DNA of 64,000 nucleotides from Mycobacterium sp. (GCA_035716165.1 DASTKA010000867.1:15198-79197); one strand, 5' to 3'; positions 37,074 to 47,141 are shown, numbered from the stretch's first letter. Notes: a model not told the origin generated them from the letters alone. A program made the numbers and translations.

Positions 37074-37124
37074 GTGTTCATGCTCGGCGCCGTCGCTCGG
37101 CGGGTCGAAACCCAGCCGAGGCCA

Positions 37125-39092
37125 TCAGCCCGTGCACATAAACTGCACCCAACGCAGGATCGATCCATCGTATCGGTACCAGATCGCGTTCCCGATATCG
37201 GTATGCACGGTGCCGTGCAGCCGAACTTGCGCAGGAAAGCCGGTGTTCTCCGGCAAAGAGACGAAGGCTTGCGTGTTCGCCGTGCCCCCGACATTGACCA
37301 CGCAGACCACCATCCCGTCCCGCGGATCACCCTTGGTGTCGATGAGCGCGCACATGTTGCAACCGCGATCGCCGCTCCAGTTGATGATCGTGTTCTGGCC
37401 GAAGTCGCCCGTGAACGCCTGGTTTGTCGGCGGCAGCGGCGGCGTGTTTGGGTTGAATATGGTCACGATCTTGTCGAACAGAAACCCTTGCTGCAGCGTG
37501 AGCGTCTCGCGGCTAACGCGAACCACAGGCTCGATGGAGACCGTGCCTCCGTCCCATGTCGTCTCGATGGAAGTCTCCTCGATCCGGACCTGCTCCAGGA
37601 ACCCGACCTGCGTCACAGTGCCGTCGAGTGACTGATCAAGCGTCAGCGTGAGCGTTCCAGAGCCGTCGTCCGAGAACCCACGAACCGTCACGTACTGCAC
37701 GCGGCCATCCGACAGCGTGAGGGCGAGCCGCGAGTAGAGCCCCGAGTTGAACCACGCCACGTAGTCGTTGGCGCCGGGCACCAAGCCGCTGGCGACCTTG
37801 ATCCCGCCGGGCGTGATGTTCGCCGGAGCGTTGCCTAGGAACACGAGATCGGCGCGGCCGGTCGGTAGGCCGAATGCGATCTGGTTGCCGCGGCAGTGGC
37901 GTAGGAGCGCCTTGATCGCCTGCCAGTCCGCGTAGGAGCTCGAGGCGTACCGCAGCGTGCGCGTCCAGTCCGGGCTCACCGCAGCGCCGGCCGAGAACAC
38001 GAGCGCGCCCAGATCGACCAGCTCGGTGAGCGACAGCATCGACTCGCTCGCGGTGTTCTGGACGTCGTTGCCGCGATCCCAGATGATCAGATCGTTCTCG
38101 GTGACGTTCGCGATTGCCGTGCCAGTGCCCCCGAAGTACGTCGTGACCGTCGCGCCGAGCCCCATCGCATCCACGCCGGCCCAGCCGTAGATCGCGTTGG
38201 TGGCGACGATCGACCACAGATCGACGTCGAGCGGGTACCGCGCGAACCCCTGTTGCGGATCGAGGTAGACCTGCAGGAGCGGCATGAACCGCGCGCCGGC
38301 GAGCCCGGTGTTTCCCAGCGTGCCGAACGTCGGCGTACCCTGCGCGCTGAACGTCGCGATCGTGACCGTTGTAGCGCCGACCGACTGGATCACCACACTG
38401 ACGGTGCTGCCATCGCCGCCAATCACGAGCGCTCGCTGGCCGACCTGCAACCAGTCGACGTTCGCGGTCGTCGTGAGGTTGATCGTCGTGTTCGTCGAGT
38501 CGACGGCGATGGTCACCTCCTCGAACGACAGCGCGAGCAGGAACACGCTGCCTCGGGCGGCGTACCTCATCATGGCGGATCGGACATCGCGGCTCTGGGT
38601 GTCGAGCAGGAATGCGACTCCCTCGATCTTCAGGCGCGGGACCGCGCTCGGAGAGATCCGCTGCTCGTTCCCGGAGTAGCTCTTGAACACCGCGTTGGGC
38701 CACGAATATGTGACCTTGGTGCCCGGCTCGAGCGAGAGCACAAACGTCGCGACGCCTTGGGGTCCGAAGCCGCTGATCGGCGGCGTCACCGGCGTAACAA
38801 AACGCCCCGGCCACGCGTGGGCTTGGTATTCGTGCGCGCGAGGCGCCCGACCCCACAGGCGATGCGGGACGATCGGCTGGATGACCTGCGGTGTCGGCGC
38901 GGTGACCGCTAAGAGCGGACCCGCGAACGCTTGCTGCTCTGCCGCCACCGCCGCGCGGCCGAACAGCCGGTCAGGCGCGATCGGCTGGATCACCTGAGGC
39001 GGCGTGACAACCGGCGGCGGCGCCGCAAACGCCTGGTACTCGGCCGCTCGCGCCGGCCGACCTTGTGTCGTGTCAGGCGCGAGTCCGGACAC
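37125..39092 (-). CDS. Tail (distal-tail-like) protein with N-terminal Pro-rich repeats
   Basis: SYSGNEQR..., RG....F..PT...DL motifs; lies between tape measure and hub genes. Confidence 0.75.
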   Translation of the reverse strand: MSGLAPDTTQGRPARAAEYQAFAAPPPVVTPPQVIQPIAPDRLFGRAAVAAEQQAFAGPLLAVTAPTPQVIQPIVPHRLWGRAPRAHEYQAHAWPGRFVTPVTPPISGFGPQGVATFVLSLEPGTKVTYSWPNAVFKSYSGNEQRISPSAVPRLKIEGVAFLLDTQSRDVRSAMMRYAARGSVFLLALSFEEVTIAVDSTNTTINLTTTANVDWLQVGQRALVIGGDGSTVSVVIQSVGATTVTIATFSAQGTPTFGTLGNTGLAGARFMPLLQVYLDPQQGFARYPLDVDLWSIVATNAIYGWAGVDAMGLGATVTTYFGGTGTAIANVTENDLIIWDRGNDVQNTASESMLSLTELVDLGALVFSAGAAVSPDWTRTLRYASSSYADWQAIKALLRHCRGNQIAFGLPTGRADLVFLGNAPANITPGGIKVASGLVPGANDYVAWFNSGLYSRLALTLSDGRVQYVTVRGFSDDGSGTLTLTLDQSLDGTVTQVGFLEQVRIEETSIETTWDGGTVSIEPVVRVSRETLTLQQGFLFDKIVTIFNPNTPPLPPTNQAFTGDFGQNTIINWSGDRGCNMCALIDTKGDPRDGMVVCVVNVGGTANTQAFVSLPENTGFPAQVRLHGTVHTDIGNAIWYRYDGSILRWVQFMCTG

Positions 39093-39095
39093 GGG

Positions 39096-39365
39096 TCACA
39101 GCCCCATGCTGGCCAGCAGCTCCGCGCGCGCCTCGGCTTTCTCGAGCTCGCGCTCGAACGGCGTGCAGGCGCCGTCGGCGCACGTGGTGCAGGTCGGGGC
39201 CATGCAGAGCCGGCAGAACCCGCCGCAGTCCTCGGCGCGGGCACGCTCGGGGACGATGGTCACGGCGTTGCAGTGGCAGCACGTGAACGTCGGCCGCGTC
39301 AGCGGCTGCTGTCCGGGCATCGTCCACTCGGCGGTGCCGCCGTCGGCGCGCGCGCGGAGGATCAC
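39096..39365 (-). CDS. Small zinc-finger protein
   Basis: TFTCCHCN...GGFCRLC...CTTC...CTPFE; GAGGA SD, GTGA overlap. Confidence 0.7.
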   Translation of the reverse strand: MILRARADGGTAEWTMPGQQPLTRPTFTCCHCNAVTIVPERARAEDCGGFCRLCMAPTCTTCADGACTPFERELEKAEARAELLASMGL

Positions 39366-39820
39366 TGTTCCTCGATGACGATGGTCGCCGCAGCGCTCGG
39401 CGTGTTTCCGCTTACCGGGGTGTTGAGGTGCAGTCCGTTGTTCGCGGCCGCCGGGCAGACGATCTCGCGGCCGGGGTTCGCGACCCAGCGGAACGTCGCC
39501 TGCTGGCTCAGCGGCACGCACAGCACGATCTTGCCGGCGGTATTGGTGCCCTGGACGCTCAGCGCGCTCTTGAGCAGAGTCACCGCGGCGGCGTCGGCCG
39601 GATCGTTGGTCTCAAACGTGACCGCGGTGCCAGTCGCCGCCGTCGTGCTGCGCTGAAACTCGAACCGAAATGCCGACGTGCCGAGCGTCGTGGCATCACT
39701 GCCCAGGATCGCCTCCAGCAGCTTGAATCGCCGCATGCCCGATCCGGGGGCCTCGATCGAGGCAACCCCGACCGTCGTGGATGTCGGCGACTTGCCGACC
39801 GAATTGGTGTAGGTGGCCAT
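39362..39820 (-). CDS. Virion structural protein
   Basis: Late promoter motif 38 nt upstream; beta-rich, T/S/A-rich. Confidence 0.75.
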   Translation of the reverse strand: MATYTNSVGKSPTSTTVGVASIEAPGSGMRRFKLLEAILGSDATTLGTSAFRFEFQRSTTAATGTAVTFETNDPADAAAVTLLKSALSVQGTNTAGKIVLCVPLSQQATFRWVANPGREIVCPAAANNGLHLNTPVSGNTPSAAATIVIEEQ

Positions 39821-39907
39821 GCGATTACGCTCGCTTGCGACAACCCATCGGGTCGAAACACCCGCCGCACTGGCGCGCGGCACTGAACGTGGTTACGCTC
39901 CGGGCAC

Positions 39908-40351
39908 ATGAAGCTCCTGGTGATGGTGGCGACGTTGTGCGCCGCGTGTTCCTCGTCCTCTGATGGCCAGTCGGCGCAGCAGCTCGCGCCGGACGGCGGC
40001 ATGCCGGATGCCCCGACCGTCTACCCGGTGCATCAACAGTTCTCGTCGGGCTGCGACGAAGCATGGAACACTGCAGGTTCGCAAGTGTCATGCGCCGCGG
40101 CGTGTATGCAGGTCCCCAGCTGCACCGGGTCCGGTGCCAAGCATGGCGCTCCGTGCGACGACAAGCCCGCGTGCACGGGCGCAAGGAACCGCGATCCGAT
40201 CACAGGTGACGTGGTCGGCGCGGCGGTAGACTGCCCATCCACGTTCGTGGCCGTCGACGGAGCCGGTGGCTACCTTGGATGCTGTATCGCGTCCACGACG
40301 CCCACGGCGTCCGGCCCCAAGGTTGACGTGGCATTTTACGAGTGCCAATGA
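39908..40351 (+). CDS. Cys-rich lipoprotein (moron, antisense to late genes)
   Basis: LCAA-C lipobox, DGGMPDAP linker, many Cys; TACGCT-N8-ATG. Confidence 0.75.
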   Translation: MKLLVMVATLCAACSSSSDGQSAQQLAPDGGMPDAPTVYPVHQQFSSGCDEAWNTAGSQVSCAAACMQVPSCTGSGAKHGAPCDDKPACTGARNRDPITGDVVGAAVDCPSTFVAVDGAGGYLGCCIASTTPTASGPKVDVAFYECQ

Positions 40352-40791
40352 GGGCGCTGGTGATCGCCGCGGCTGCAGTGGCTGGCTGCGCAACCGCGCC
40401 GGTTGCGCATGACGTGCAGCGCACGGCGCGGATGTCCGCCACCGTGGATGCGACCTGGCAGGCGCTAGTCGACGTGATCGCCGAGCGAAACTGGCCGGTC
40501 AAACAGCTCGATCGCTCGAGCGGCTTGGCAATGATCGACTGGATGGCGGCTCCGGAATACACAGCCGACTGCGGCAGCGTGCCGCTCGCGAGTGAGGGTC
40601 CGATCCGCGCTCGGTTCAGCGCGCGGATCCGAGCCGCCGGATCCGGCAGCGAGATCGAGATCAACGCCACGTTTCAGCGCACGCGCGAGATCGCCGGCTC
40701 GGTTGCGGTCATCGAGTGCACATCGAAGGGTGCGCTCGAGGTTGCGATCCAGGAGATGACCGCCAACCACGTCAGGCCGCCGGACCCGTGA
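40348..40791 (+). CDS. Lipoprotein with BamC/helix-grip-like domain (moron)
   Basis: VAG-C lipobox; DATWQALVDVIAE.NWPVKQLDRSSG...DW; ATGA overlap. Confidence 0.65.
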   Translation: MRALVIAAAAVAGCATAPVAHDVQRTARMSATVDATWQALVDVIAERNWPVKQLDRSSGLAMIDWMAAPEYTADCGSVPLASEGPIRARFSARIRAAGSGSEIEINATFQRTREIAGSVAVIECTSKGALEVAIQEMTANHVRPPDP

Positions 40792-43700
40792 TCAGCGTCG
40801 GATCCCCAGGAAGCTCCGCGTCGCCGCCTGGTTCGCTCGAAGCTGATTGAGCACGACCTGCCGACCAGCGCGGCTGTCGATCGCCGCAGTCATCGTCGCC
40901 TGATCGTAGTGGTTGTGGATGTGAATCACGGGGGGCGTCCCGCTCGCCTGCATCGGCGCACGGCCGACAGGCGTCACGGTAACGGTCTCGCCTGGGGTCG
41001 CACGGAACATCTGCAGCTGCGTATCGCCGCTCCCCGATCCGCCCACCGTCCATTGGCCGCCGTTGGCGTGGCCGGCGAGGCCGGCGATTGTGCTGCCGAT
41101 TCCCAGGAGATCGCCGAGCGCGGATGCGTCCCCGCCGGTGGCACCACTGCTGCCTCCACCCCCTCCGGACGGCAGCAGCGCGGCGATCGCCCTGACCTCG
41201 AGCGCGCGCGCTGCGATCTTCTCGAGATCGGCCAGCATCGACTCGGCCATGTCGCTGAACGACACCTTGCCGCCGTTGGCCGCGTCGACGAACGCATCGC
41301 TCAGCTTGCCGATGTCGTCGACGGCCAGCTTCGCCACCGACGCGCCGAAGTCCTTGGTCTGTTGCTCGAGCTGCAGCATCTGCAGCTGAAACGCGCCCGC
41401 AAACGTCTTGCCCTCGTCGGCGGCCTGCAGGTAAGCGATGCGCGCCTTGATCATCTCGTCGCTCGCCTTGCGCTGGGAGATCGCGTGCTCGGCGAGCTGG
41501 TCATTGATCTTGCGCAGTGCCGCCTCGTACTGCTCCAGCGGTCCCTTCTGCGCCTCGAGCGCCTCGGTCTGCTTGTCGAGCTCCTCGCGCGCGCGGCGCC
41601 GCTCGCCAGTCGCCTCCTGCTCGGTGAGGCCGGCGATCTGCGTCGCGCGAGTGATGACCTCGAGCTGGCGCTGATACTGCTCCAGCGGCGTGACGTACTT
41701 GGTGCCCAGATCTCTGGCCTCGGCGTCCAGCTTCTCCTGCGCCTGCTGAGCGAAGTCGAGCGGCTGCTGCAGTTCGCCGTACGCCTGCAAGATCGCCGCG
41801 CTGCTCTTGGCCGCGGCAGTGGCGTACGCGGCGGATCCCTTCTCGAAGTAGCCCTGACTCTCGAAGAACTTGGCCGTGTCCTCTGGATTCTCGACGCTGA
41901 TGGACAGGCCGACGCCACCCTTGGTCTTCGGGCCGAGGTTGCCGGCCAGCTGAGCCAGCTGGACAGCGCGCGCGTAGACGCTGCTGAGGTGCGGCACGGT
42001 ATCCTCGGCCGCCTTCGAGATCCGCTCGAACTCGACCGCGTAGCGCTCGGCGTCGACGGCGCCGCGCTGAAACAGCGCATCGAGCCCGCCGATCTGCAGC
42101 TTCATCTCCTTGAACGGGTTCGTGAACTGCTCCCACAGCTTGATCGCGTCGGGCAGACGGCCATCGTTGATGGTCGTGACCAGCGAGTCGTATTCCTTGC
42201 GGAACTCCTCGGCGGAGATCCGGCCTTCCTTGTTCTTCTCGATCAGCTCGGAGAGCTCGATCTTCGCCTGCGCGATGGGAGCGGTGAGTTTCAGATCTTC
42301 CGGCGTGCGTCCGCCATTCTCCTGCGTCTTGAGCTTCTCGTACTCCTTGTTGTAGGCCTCGACGCTCGGCAGCATTCCGGCCGCCCACTGCACCGTAAGT
42401 TGTGCAAGCTGAGCCTTGGCATCCGCGATCGGCTTGTTCAGCGAGTGGGCGATATCGGGAAGCCCACGCTGCAGCACTTCGACGAGCTTCGCGTGCTCGG
42501 CCTCGTAGTCCTGCACGGCGATCTTGCCGGTCTGGTACGCCTTCTCGAGATTTGCGAGTTCGATTCGCGCGCGCTCGATCGGTGCATTGATTTTGTCGAT
42601 CTCCTGCTGCACCGCCTGCGTCGGGATACCGAGGTACTCGCGAATCGCGTCGCCGACCGGACGGAACGCTCCTGTCAGGTGCGTCAGATCCTCGATGAAC
42701 TCGTTGGCCTGCTCGCGGTGCTTGTCCTTGAGTTGCTCGAGCGCGGCAACGGCCGGACCAAACCCGAACGACGCCATCTTGGTCAGCTGTTCTTCATTCA
42801 TCGTGCCGGCGCCCTGAATAAGGGGCGTCGCCAACATCGCCTCTCCCATGCTCAGGCCGTAGCGCTTGGCGTAGATCTCAGCCTTGGTAGTGAACTCCTC
42901 GAGTCGCTGCGCGTTCGACTTCTGGATCTCCTCGAACTTTACGCCGATCTGATCGGCCCCGTTCAGAATCGCATTGTTCAACGTCTCGACGCTGACTCGA
43001 CCGTCCTTGACCATCTTGAGTAGCTCGCCCTGCGTGACGCCGAGCGACTTCGTCCAGAGGTCGGTGATCGCCGGCATCTGGTTCATGATCTGTCGCATCG
43101 AGCGTGTCTCGACGGTTCCCGTCGCCATCGCGATCGACCACCGGCGAATCAGTCCTTCGGCCGACTCTGCCGACTGGCCTCCGAGCTGCGCAGCCTGAGC
43201 GAACGCCGTGGTCTCCTTGGCCACTTCGCTGCTCGACAGCCCGAGCGAGTCAGCGGCCTCGTGCATGCGGCCATAGATCTGGATGGTCGCTTCGAGCGGA
43301 GCGTGAATCCGCTCGGCGAACTCGAGCTGCTGATCGAGTACGCCGTTAAGCGTGTGGCTCGTGTCCACGAAACGCCGGACCGAGTTCTCGGCCTTGATCG
43401 CGGCGTCCTCGTAGCGATGCATCTCTTCGACGAGATCATCGAGCTGGTGACCGAGCGCGACGATTCCACCACCGGCGGCGTAAGCGGTCAGCGCGGATGT
43501 GACCGTTGCGGTCTGATCTGTCGGATTCGCGCCCGGCTTCTGCTGCACCGGCCCCTGCACGGGACCCAGTCCGGATCCGGCCAGTTTCTGCGCGCGCTCG
43601 AGTTCGCGGTTGTAGTCGGCGAGGTCGATCTGCTCCTTGGCGAGCAACATGTCGAGCGCAGCGAGCGTCGCCTCGTACTCGCGCATCGGTCCCTGGATGC

Positions 43701-44115
43701 GCTCGAGGATATCAGCCTGGCGCTTGAGCTCCGGGGACATGCCGTAGCGCAGCAGCGCCTCTTGTCGATCGCCGAGCCGGCCGAGCTCAGCCTCGTACTC
43801 CTTGCTCGTGATGCGACCCTGCTGCATCAGCGAGACCGTCGCCTTCAGGTCGGCGCTGTAGTCCTTCCACGGCTGCTTGATCTTCGCCAGGATCGCCTCC
43901 TGGCGGTTCATCTGATCGACGAGTCCGCCGAATTCACTCTTGGCCTTCGTCGCCGCAGTTCCGGCCTCGCCCATGCCCGCTGCCGCGTCGTCGCCGGCTT
44001 TCTTCGCCGACGTGCCGAATTTCGTGACGGCGCTGTCGGCGTCTTTGACCTCTTCCTTGAGTTTGGTGGCCTCGGTAACGTCAGCCTTGACGCGGAGTTC
44101 GAAGTCGATGCTCAT
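40792..44115 (-). CDS. Tail tape measure protein
   Basis: 1107-aa helical A/E/Q/K-rich protein with tape-measure domain; C-terminal HANGG...GSGDTQ...RATPGETVTV; follows chaperones. Confidence 0.93.
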   Translation of the reverse strand: MSIDFELRVKADVTEATKLKEEVKDADSAVTKFGTSAKKAGDDAAAGMGEAGTAATKAKSEFGGLVDQMNRQEAILAKIKQPWKDYSADLKATVSLMQQGRITSKEYEAELGRLGDRQEALLRYGMSPELKRQADILERIQGPMREYEATLAALDMLLAKEQIDLADYNRELERAQKLAGSGLGPVQGPVQQKPGANPTDQTATVTSALTAYAAGGGIVALGHQLDDLVEEMHRYEDAAIKAENSVRRFVDTSHTLNGVLDQQLEFAERIHAPLEATIQIYGRMHEAADSLGLSSSEVAKETTAFAQAAQLGGQSAESAEGLIRRWSIAMATGTVETRSMRQIMNQMPAITDLWTKSLGVTQGELLKMVKDGRVSVETLNNAILNGADQIGVKFEEIQKSNAQRLEEFTTKAEIYAKRYGLSMGEAMLATPLIQGAGTMNEEQLTKMASFGFGPAVAALEQLKDKHREQANEFIEDLTHLTGAFRPVGDAIREYLGIPTQAVQQEIDKINAPIERARIELANLEKAYQTGKIAVQDYEAEHAKLVEVLQRGLPDIAHSLNKPIADAKAQLAQLTVQWAAGMLPSVEAYNKEYEKLKTQENGGRTPEDLKLTAPIAQAKIELSELIEKNKEGRISAEEFRKEYDSLVTTINDGRLPDAIKLWEQFTNPFKEMKLQIGGLDALFQRGAVDAERYAVEFERISKAAEDTVPHLSSVYARAVQLAQLAGNLGPKTKGGVGLSISVENPEDTAKFFESQGYFEKGSAAYATAAAKSSAAILQAYGELQQPLDFAQQAQEKLDAEARDLGTKYVTPLEQYQRQLEVITRATQIAGLTEQEATGERRRAREELDKQTEALEAQKGPLEQYEAALRKINDQLAEHAISQRKASDEMIKARIAYLQAADEGKTFAGAFQLQMLQLEQQTKDFGASVAKLAVDDIGKLSDAFVDAANGGKVSFSDMAESMLADLEKIAARALEVRAIAALLPSGGGGGSSGATGGDASALGDLLGIGSTIAGLAGHANGGQWTVGGSGSGDTQLQMFRATPGETVTVTPVGRAPMQASGTPPVIHIHNHYDQATMTAAIDSRAGRQVVLNQLRANQAATRSFLGIRR

Positions 44116-44519
44116 GTCCTGCCTCGTGCTCGGTTCGCGCCGAGCGCTTCTCGTTTGTTTCGCTCCGACGCCGCAGCCTTCATGTGGTCGATGTCGAGCT
44201 GGCGAATCACATGGAGGACGGCGCCGGCCACGTCGCGCTCGAGTTCGTGAAACCGCGTCCAGTCAGCGATCGCCGTCCACGGGATCGGCCCTGCGGCCAT
44301 GCCGATGGAGCGGCACGTGTTGAGGTCGCCCCAGGCTTGCAGGCAGAGCGTCACCGCGTAGTCGCGCTGCGGCTCGCCGGCGGCGATCGCTGCGAGCTTG
44401 CCCTCGATCTGGACGCGGCGACCCGGCGACGCCCGGCCGGCGCGAAGCTCCAGATCTAGGCCTTCACGCTCAGCGGCGGTGCTCTGATCCCATGCGAGCC
44501 ACGCCGCTACCCTTTTCCC
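44112..44519 (-). CDS. Tail assembly chaperone, -1 frameshift extension (gpT-like)
   Basis: AWGDLNTCRSIGMAAGPIPWTAI..W motif; frame entered via GGGAAAA. Confidence 0.75.
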   Translation of the reverse strand, partial: GKRVAAWLAWDQSTAAEREGLDLELRAGRASPGRRVQIEGKLAAIAAGEPQRDYAVTLCLQAWGDLNTCRSIGMAAGPIPWTAIADWTRFHELERDVAGAVLHVIRQLDIDHMKAAASERNKREALGANRARGRT

Positions 44520-44977
44520 AGTTCGACCGGATCTGCGGTGGTGCGCCAGAGCGCCGGACCCTGGTAGATCACCGAGGCGATCTGCGAGTCCCACAGATCG
44601 GGCACGTGCGTGCGCAGCTGAATGATCAGATCGCGCGCGGCCTCGGGCGTGAACGGGACGGGCGCGCCCGCCGCGGTGACGTTTTCCCAGCCGACCAGCA
44701 CCGTGCCGGCTAGGAGCGCGGCGTCATCGGCGATCGCCTCGGCCTCGGTCTTCGCCGGCGGGGCAGCGGCGAGTGCCTGCGCGTCGGGCGGTGGTGGCGT
44801 CTCGGCGGCCTTCTTGGCCGCGTCGCGCCGGATCACCTCGTTGCGCAGCGCCACGTTGCCGAGGTTCGCCGCGCGCACGATCAGCGTGACCGGCCTGTCC
44901 GGATCCGCCGAGATGTCGGGCAGCTGGATCTTGCGGGTCAGCTTGCTCAGGTCGAAGCGCTCGAGGCCGAAGTCCAT
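44507..44977 (-). CDS. Tail assembly chaperone (gpG-like)
   Basis: VLVGWENVT..G.PVPFTPEAA motif; late promoter motif upstream. Confidence 0.8.
   Translation of the reverse strand: MDFGLERFDLSKLTRKIQLPDISADPDRPVTLIVRAANLGNVALRNEVIRRDAAKKAAETPPPPDAQALAAAPPAKTEAEAIADDAALLAGTVLVGWENVTAAGAPVPFTPEAARDLIIQLRTHVPDLWDSQIASVIYQGPALWRTTADPVELGKG
44513..44519 (-). promoter_or_regulatory. -1 ribosomal slippery site G GGA AAA
   Basis: CTG GGA AAA GGG TAG at chaperone end; -1 frame reads GKRVAAWLAWDQ. Confidence 0.8.
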
Positions 44978-45027
44978 GCGTCGAGCGTCGCGCCGCGGCG
45001 TCGGCGGGGCGAAATGTGCGGCCGGCG

Positions 45028-45339
45028 CTACATCGCCAGCGGCACGAGCAGAATCCCGAGGTCCATGCCCTCGCTGAGATTCGCTGTCGCGAACGCCTCG
45101 ACTCCAGCGATCCGCGAAAGCGCACCATCTCGCGAGCGCACGACCGCGCCGATGAGCGCCTTGCGCATCGCCTCGCCGGGAAGCATCGGCGGGCTCGCCT
45201 CTACCTGGGCGATCCGCGCCGGCCACAGTTGGCCTTCACGACCAGCGACTACAACCGGATCGCCGTACATCCACGCGATGCGCACGACGCCGACCGTGAA
45301 TCCGTAGCAGACTATCTCGGGCTCGGGGCGCTGGAACAT
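45028..45339 (-). CDS. Hypothetical protein
   Basis: Fills the gap between tube and chaperone genes. Confidence 0.5.
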   Translation of the reverse strand: MFQRPEPEIVCYGFTVGVVRIAWMYGDPVVVAGREGQLWPARIAQVEASPPMLPGEAMRKALIGAVVRSRDGALSRIAGVEAFATANLSEGMDLGILLVPLAM

Positions 45340-45357
45340 CGTCCAGAGCTACCACGC

Positions 45358-46893
45358 TCACACCGTCGGCAGGTACGGGAACTGCGTCACGCGCAACGTC
45401 GTATTGCCGGTCGCGTCGCGGAAACCGGCGAGCGTCAGATCGAGCGTGATCCAGCTGTTCTGCGGGAACTTCGGGGGCGCGTTCGTGCACACCACCGAAG
45501 GGACGTCGAAGAACAGGCCGCCATCCGGGTTGTTGATGCCGGCGCCGAAGGTCAGCGAGGTGTTGTTCGCGCACGCCGTCATGGCCGCGTCACTGGTCAG
45601 CGCGACCGTGGCAGTCAGCGCCGCCGAGCGCCGACCGACCACGATTCGCTTCGTGCCGAAGAAGCCCTGCTGCTTCTGCGCCGAGATGTGGTTCATGTAC
45701 GACAGCTTCCACGTCTGGATGTCGTCACTGATCACCGTCTCGTCGGCCTTGTTCTTGAGCACGACGTACGGAATCTGCGTGACCGTATTGAAGCGGTTCG
45801 TGCACAGCGGCCCGGCGGCGCTGCCGCCGTACGTCGCGCGGCTCGTCGTCGGGTTCGCGATCGTCTGACCGAGGAACGTCAGGGTCAGACCGATCAGGCC
45901 CTGCGCCGTGCCGTCGATGTCGACCTGATCGACAAGGTTCCCGTTCGAGTACACGTACTCGTCGGTCGTGCCGCTCTGCAGCTTGAGGTAGGTGAGCTCG
46001 AGGTTGTAGCTCGGCTCCTGGTAGTCAGCGTCGGTGAACGCCACCGTGCGCAGCAGGCGGCCGAAGTAGATGTCGATCGTCTTGCCGGTCCCGGTGTCGG
46101 CGCTGCCGACGGTCCACTGCCGGCGCTCGAGGGTGAGCAGGTTGGCGGAGATCGCCACGACGAGCGCGAATCCGCGGTACGCCGCGGTGGCGAAGTCGTG
46201 CCCGCTACCGATCGTGCCGCCGACCCAGATCGCCTGACCAACCACGAGCCCCATCGTCGTGAAGTCGGCCACGGTCGAGGTCAGGTTGCCGCTCGCGTTG
46301 AGCTGGATGTCGCCCGACGCGCCGCGGAATCCGGCCGCCTCGAGCGTGACCGTGTAGCCGCTGGGCGTCTCAGCGACGCCGCCGGCCACCGGGATGCTCG
46401 TGCCGGTGCTCGACGCACCGACGACCTGCAGCGTGCCGTTCGCCGTAGCGTTCGCGCCGGTTGCCCAGCCGCGAGGGACGACGAGTGTGCCGGCCTGGAG
46501 CGCGCCATTGGCGTTGACCGTGTACGCGCTGGTCGTGCGCGCCGTGACGGTCGGCGTCGGAAGGTTGTTCGTGAAGTAAGCGACCCCGGTCCCGCCGTTG
46601 TGCTTCGCCTTGACGAGCAGGATCCCCTCGCCGAATGCGTCGGTGGCGTCCTTGGTCAGATCCATCGTCAGCGTCGGCTTGGCGTCCTCGTCGACGATGA
46701 TCGCTTTCTCGTCCTGGCCGAGCTTGCTGAGCGGCTGCGGCGTGACCGTCTTCAGCTGCGGGTAGTAGTTGCCGATCCCGTCGGCGTTGGGCTGCAGCGT
46801 CTGGCCTCCGGCCGTCGCCGGGGTGCCCAGCGCGGTCTCCTTGACAGCGACTACATTGGCTTTTTCTGCGCCGGCGACCGGGTTGCTGGACAT
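45358..46893 (-). CDS. Major tail tube protein
   Basis: N-terminal KETALGTP, SYNLELTY; position between terminator and chaperones. Confidence 0.85.
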   Translation of the reverse strand: MSSNPVAGAEKANVVAVKETALGTPATAGGQTLQPNADGIGNYYPQLKTVTPQPLSKLGQDEKAIIVDEDAKPTLTMDLTKDATDAFGEGILLVKAKHNGGTGVAYFTNNLPTPTVTARTTSAYTVNANGALQAGTLVVPRGWATGANATANGTLQVVGASSTGTSIPVAGGVAETPSGYTVTLEAAGFRGASGDIQLNASGNLTSTVADFTTMGLVVGQAIWVGGTIGSGHDFATAAYRGFALVVAISANLLTLERRQWTVGSADTGTGKTIDIYFGRLLRTVAFTDADYQEPSYNLELTYLKLQSGTTDEYVYSNGNLVDQVDIDGTAQGLIGLTLTFLGQTIANPTTSRATYGGSAAGPLCTNRFNTVTQIPYVVLKNKADETVISDDIQTWKLSYMNHISAQKQQGFFGTKRIVVGRRSAALTATVALTSDAAMTACANNTSLTFGAGINNPDGGLFFDVPSVVCTNAPPKFPQNSWITLDLTLAGFRDATGNTTLRVTQFPYLPTV

Positions 46894-46970
46894 GAGGCCA
46901 GCGTCGGAGATGGCGCGCCGGGGGTCGAAAGCCGGGCGGAGCGTGGGAGGCGGGTGGTAGGGTGGCGGCG

Positions 46971-47129
46971 ATGAAGATGGGCAGCCTACCGGACGCGATC
47001 TGCTGCAGTGCTCTAACCGAGGCGAAGCGAACCGGACGCTACCCGCAATGGTTTCTCGATCTACTCAACGACAAAGCGATCGGCGGACCACTACCTGCCT
47101 GTAACCACGCTCGACACCGGCACCGCTGA
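46971..47129 (+). CDS. Possible 52-aa antisense moron peptide
   Basis: TAGGGT-N7-ATG; ORF fills an otherwise empty gap. Confidence 0.3.
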   Translation: MKMGSLPDAICCSALTEAKRTGRYPQWFLDLLNDKAIGGPLPACNHARHRHR

Positions 47130-47141
47130 TCGCGACCCGGA

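Noticed and set aside
31794-39092. Diversity-generating retroelement acting on tail genes
   Set aside because: No reverse transcriptase seen. The repeats are diverged protein-level duplications, not adenine-specific TR/VR pairs.
40909-46974. Long + strand ORFs (704, 329 and 652 aa) opposite the tape measure and tail tube genes
   Set aside because: Shadow ORFs caused by high GC and codon bias; the same applies to 61280-63106 and most other antisense ORFs in the track.
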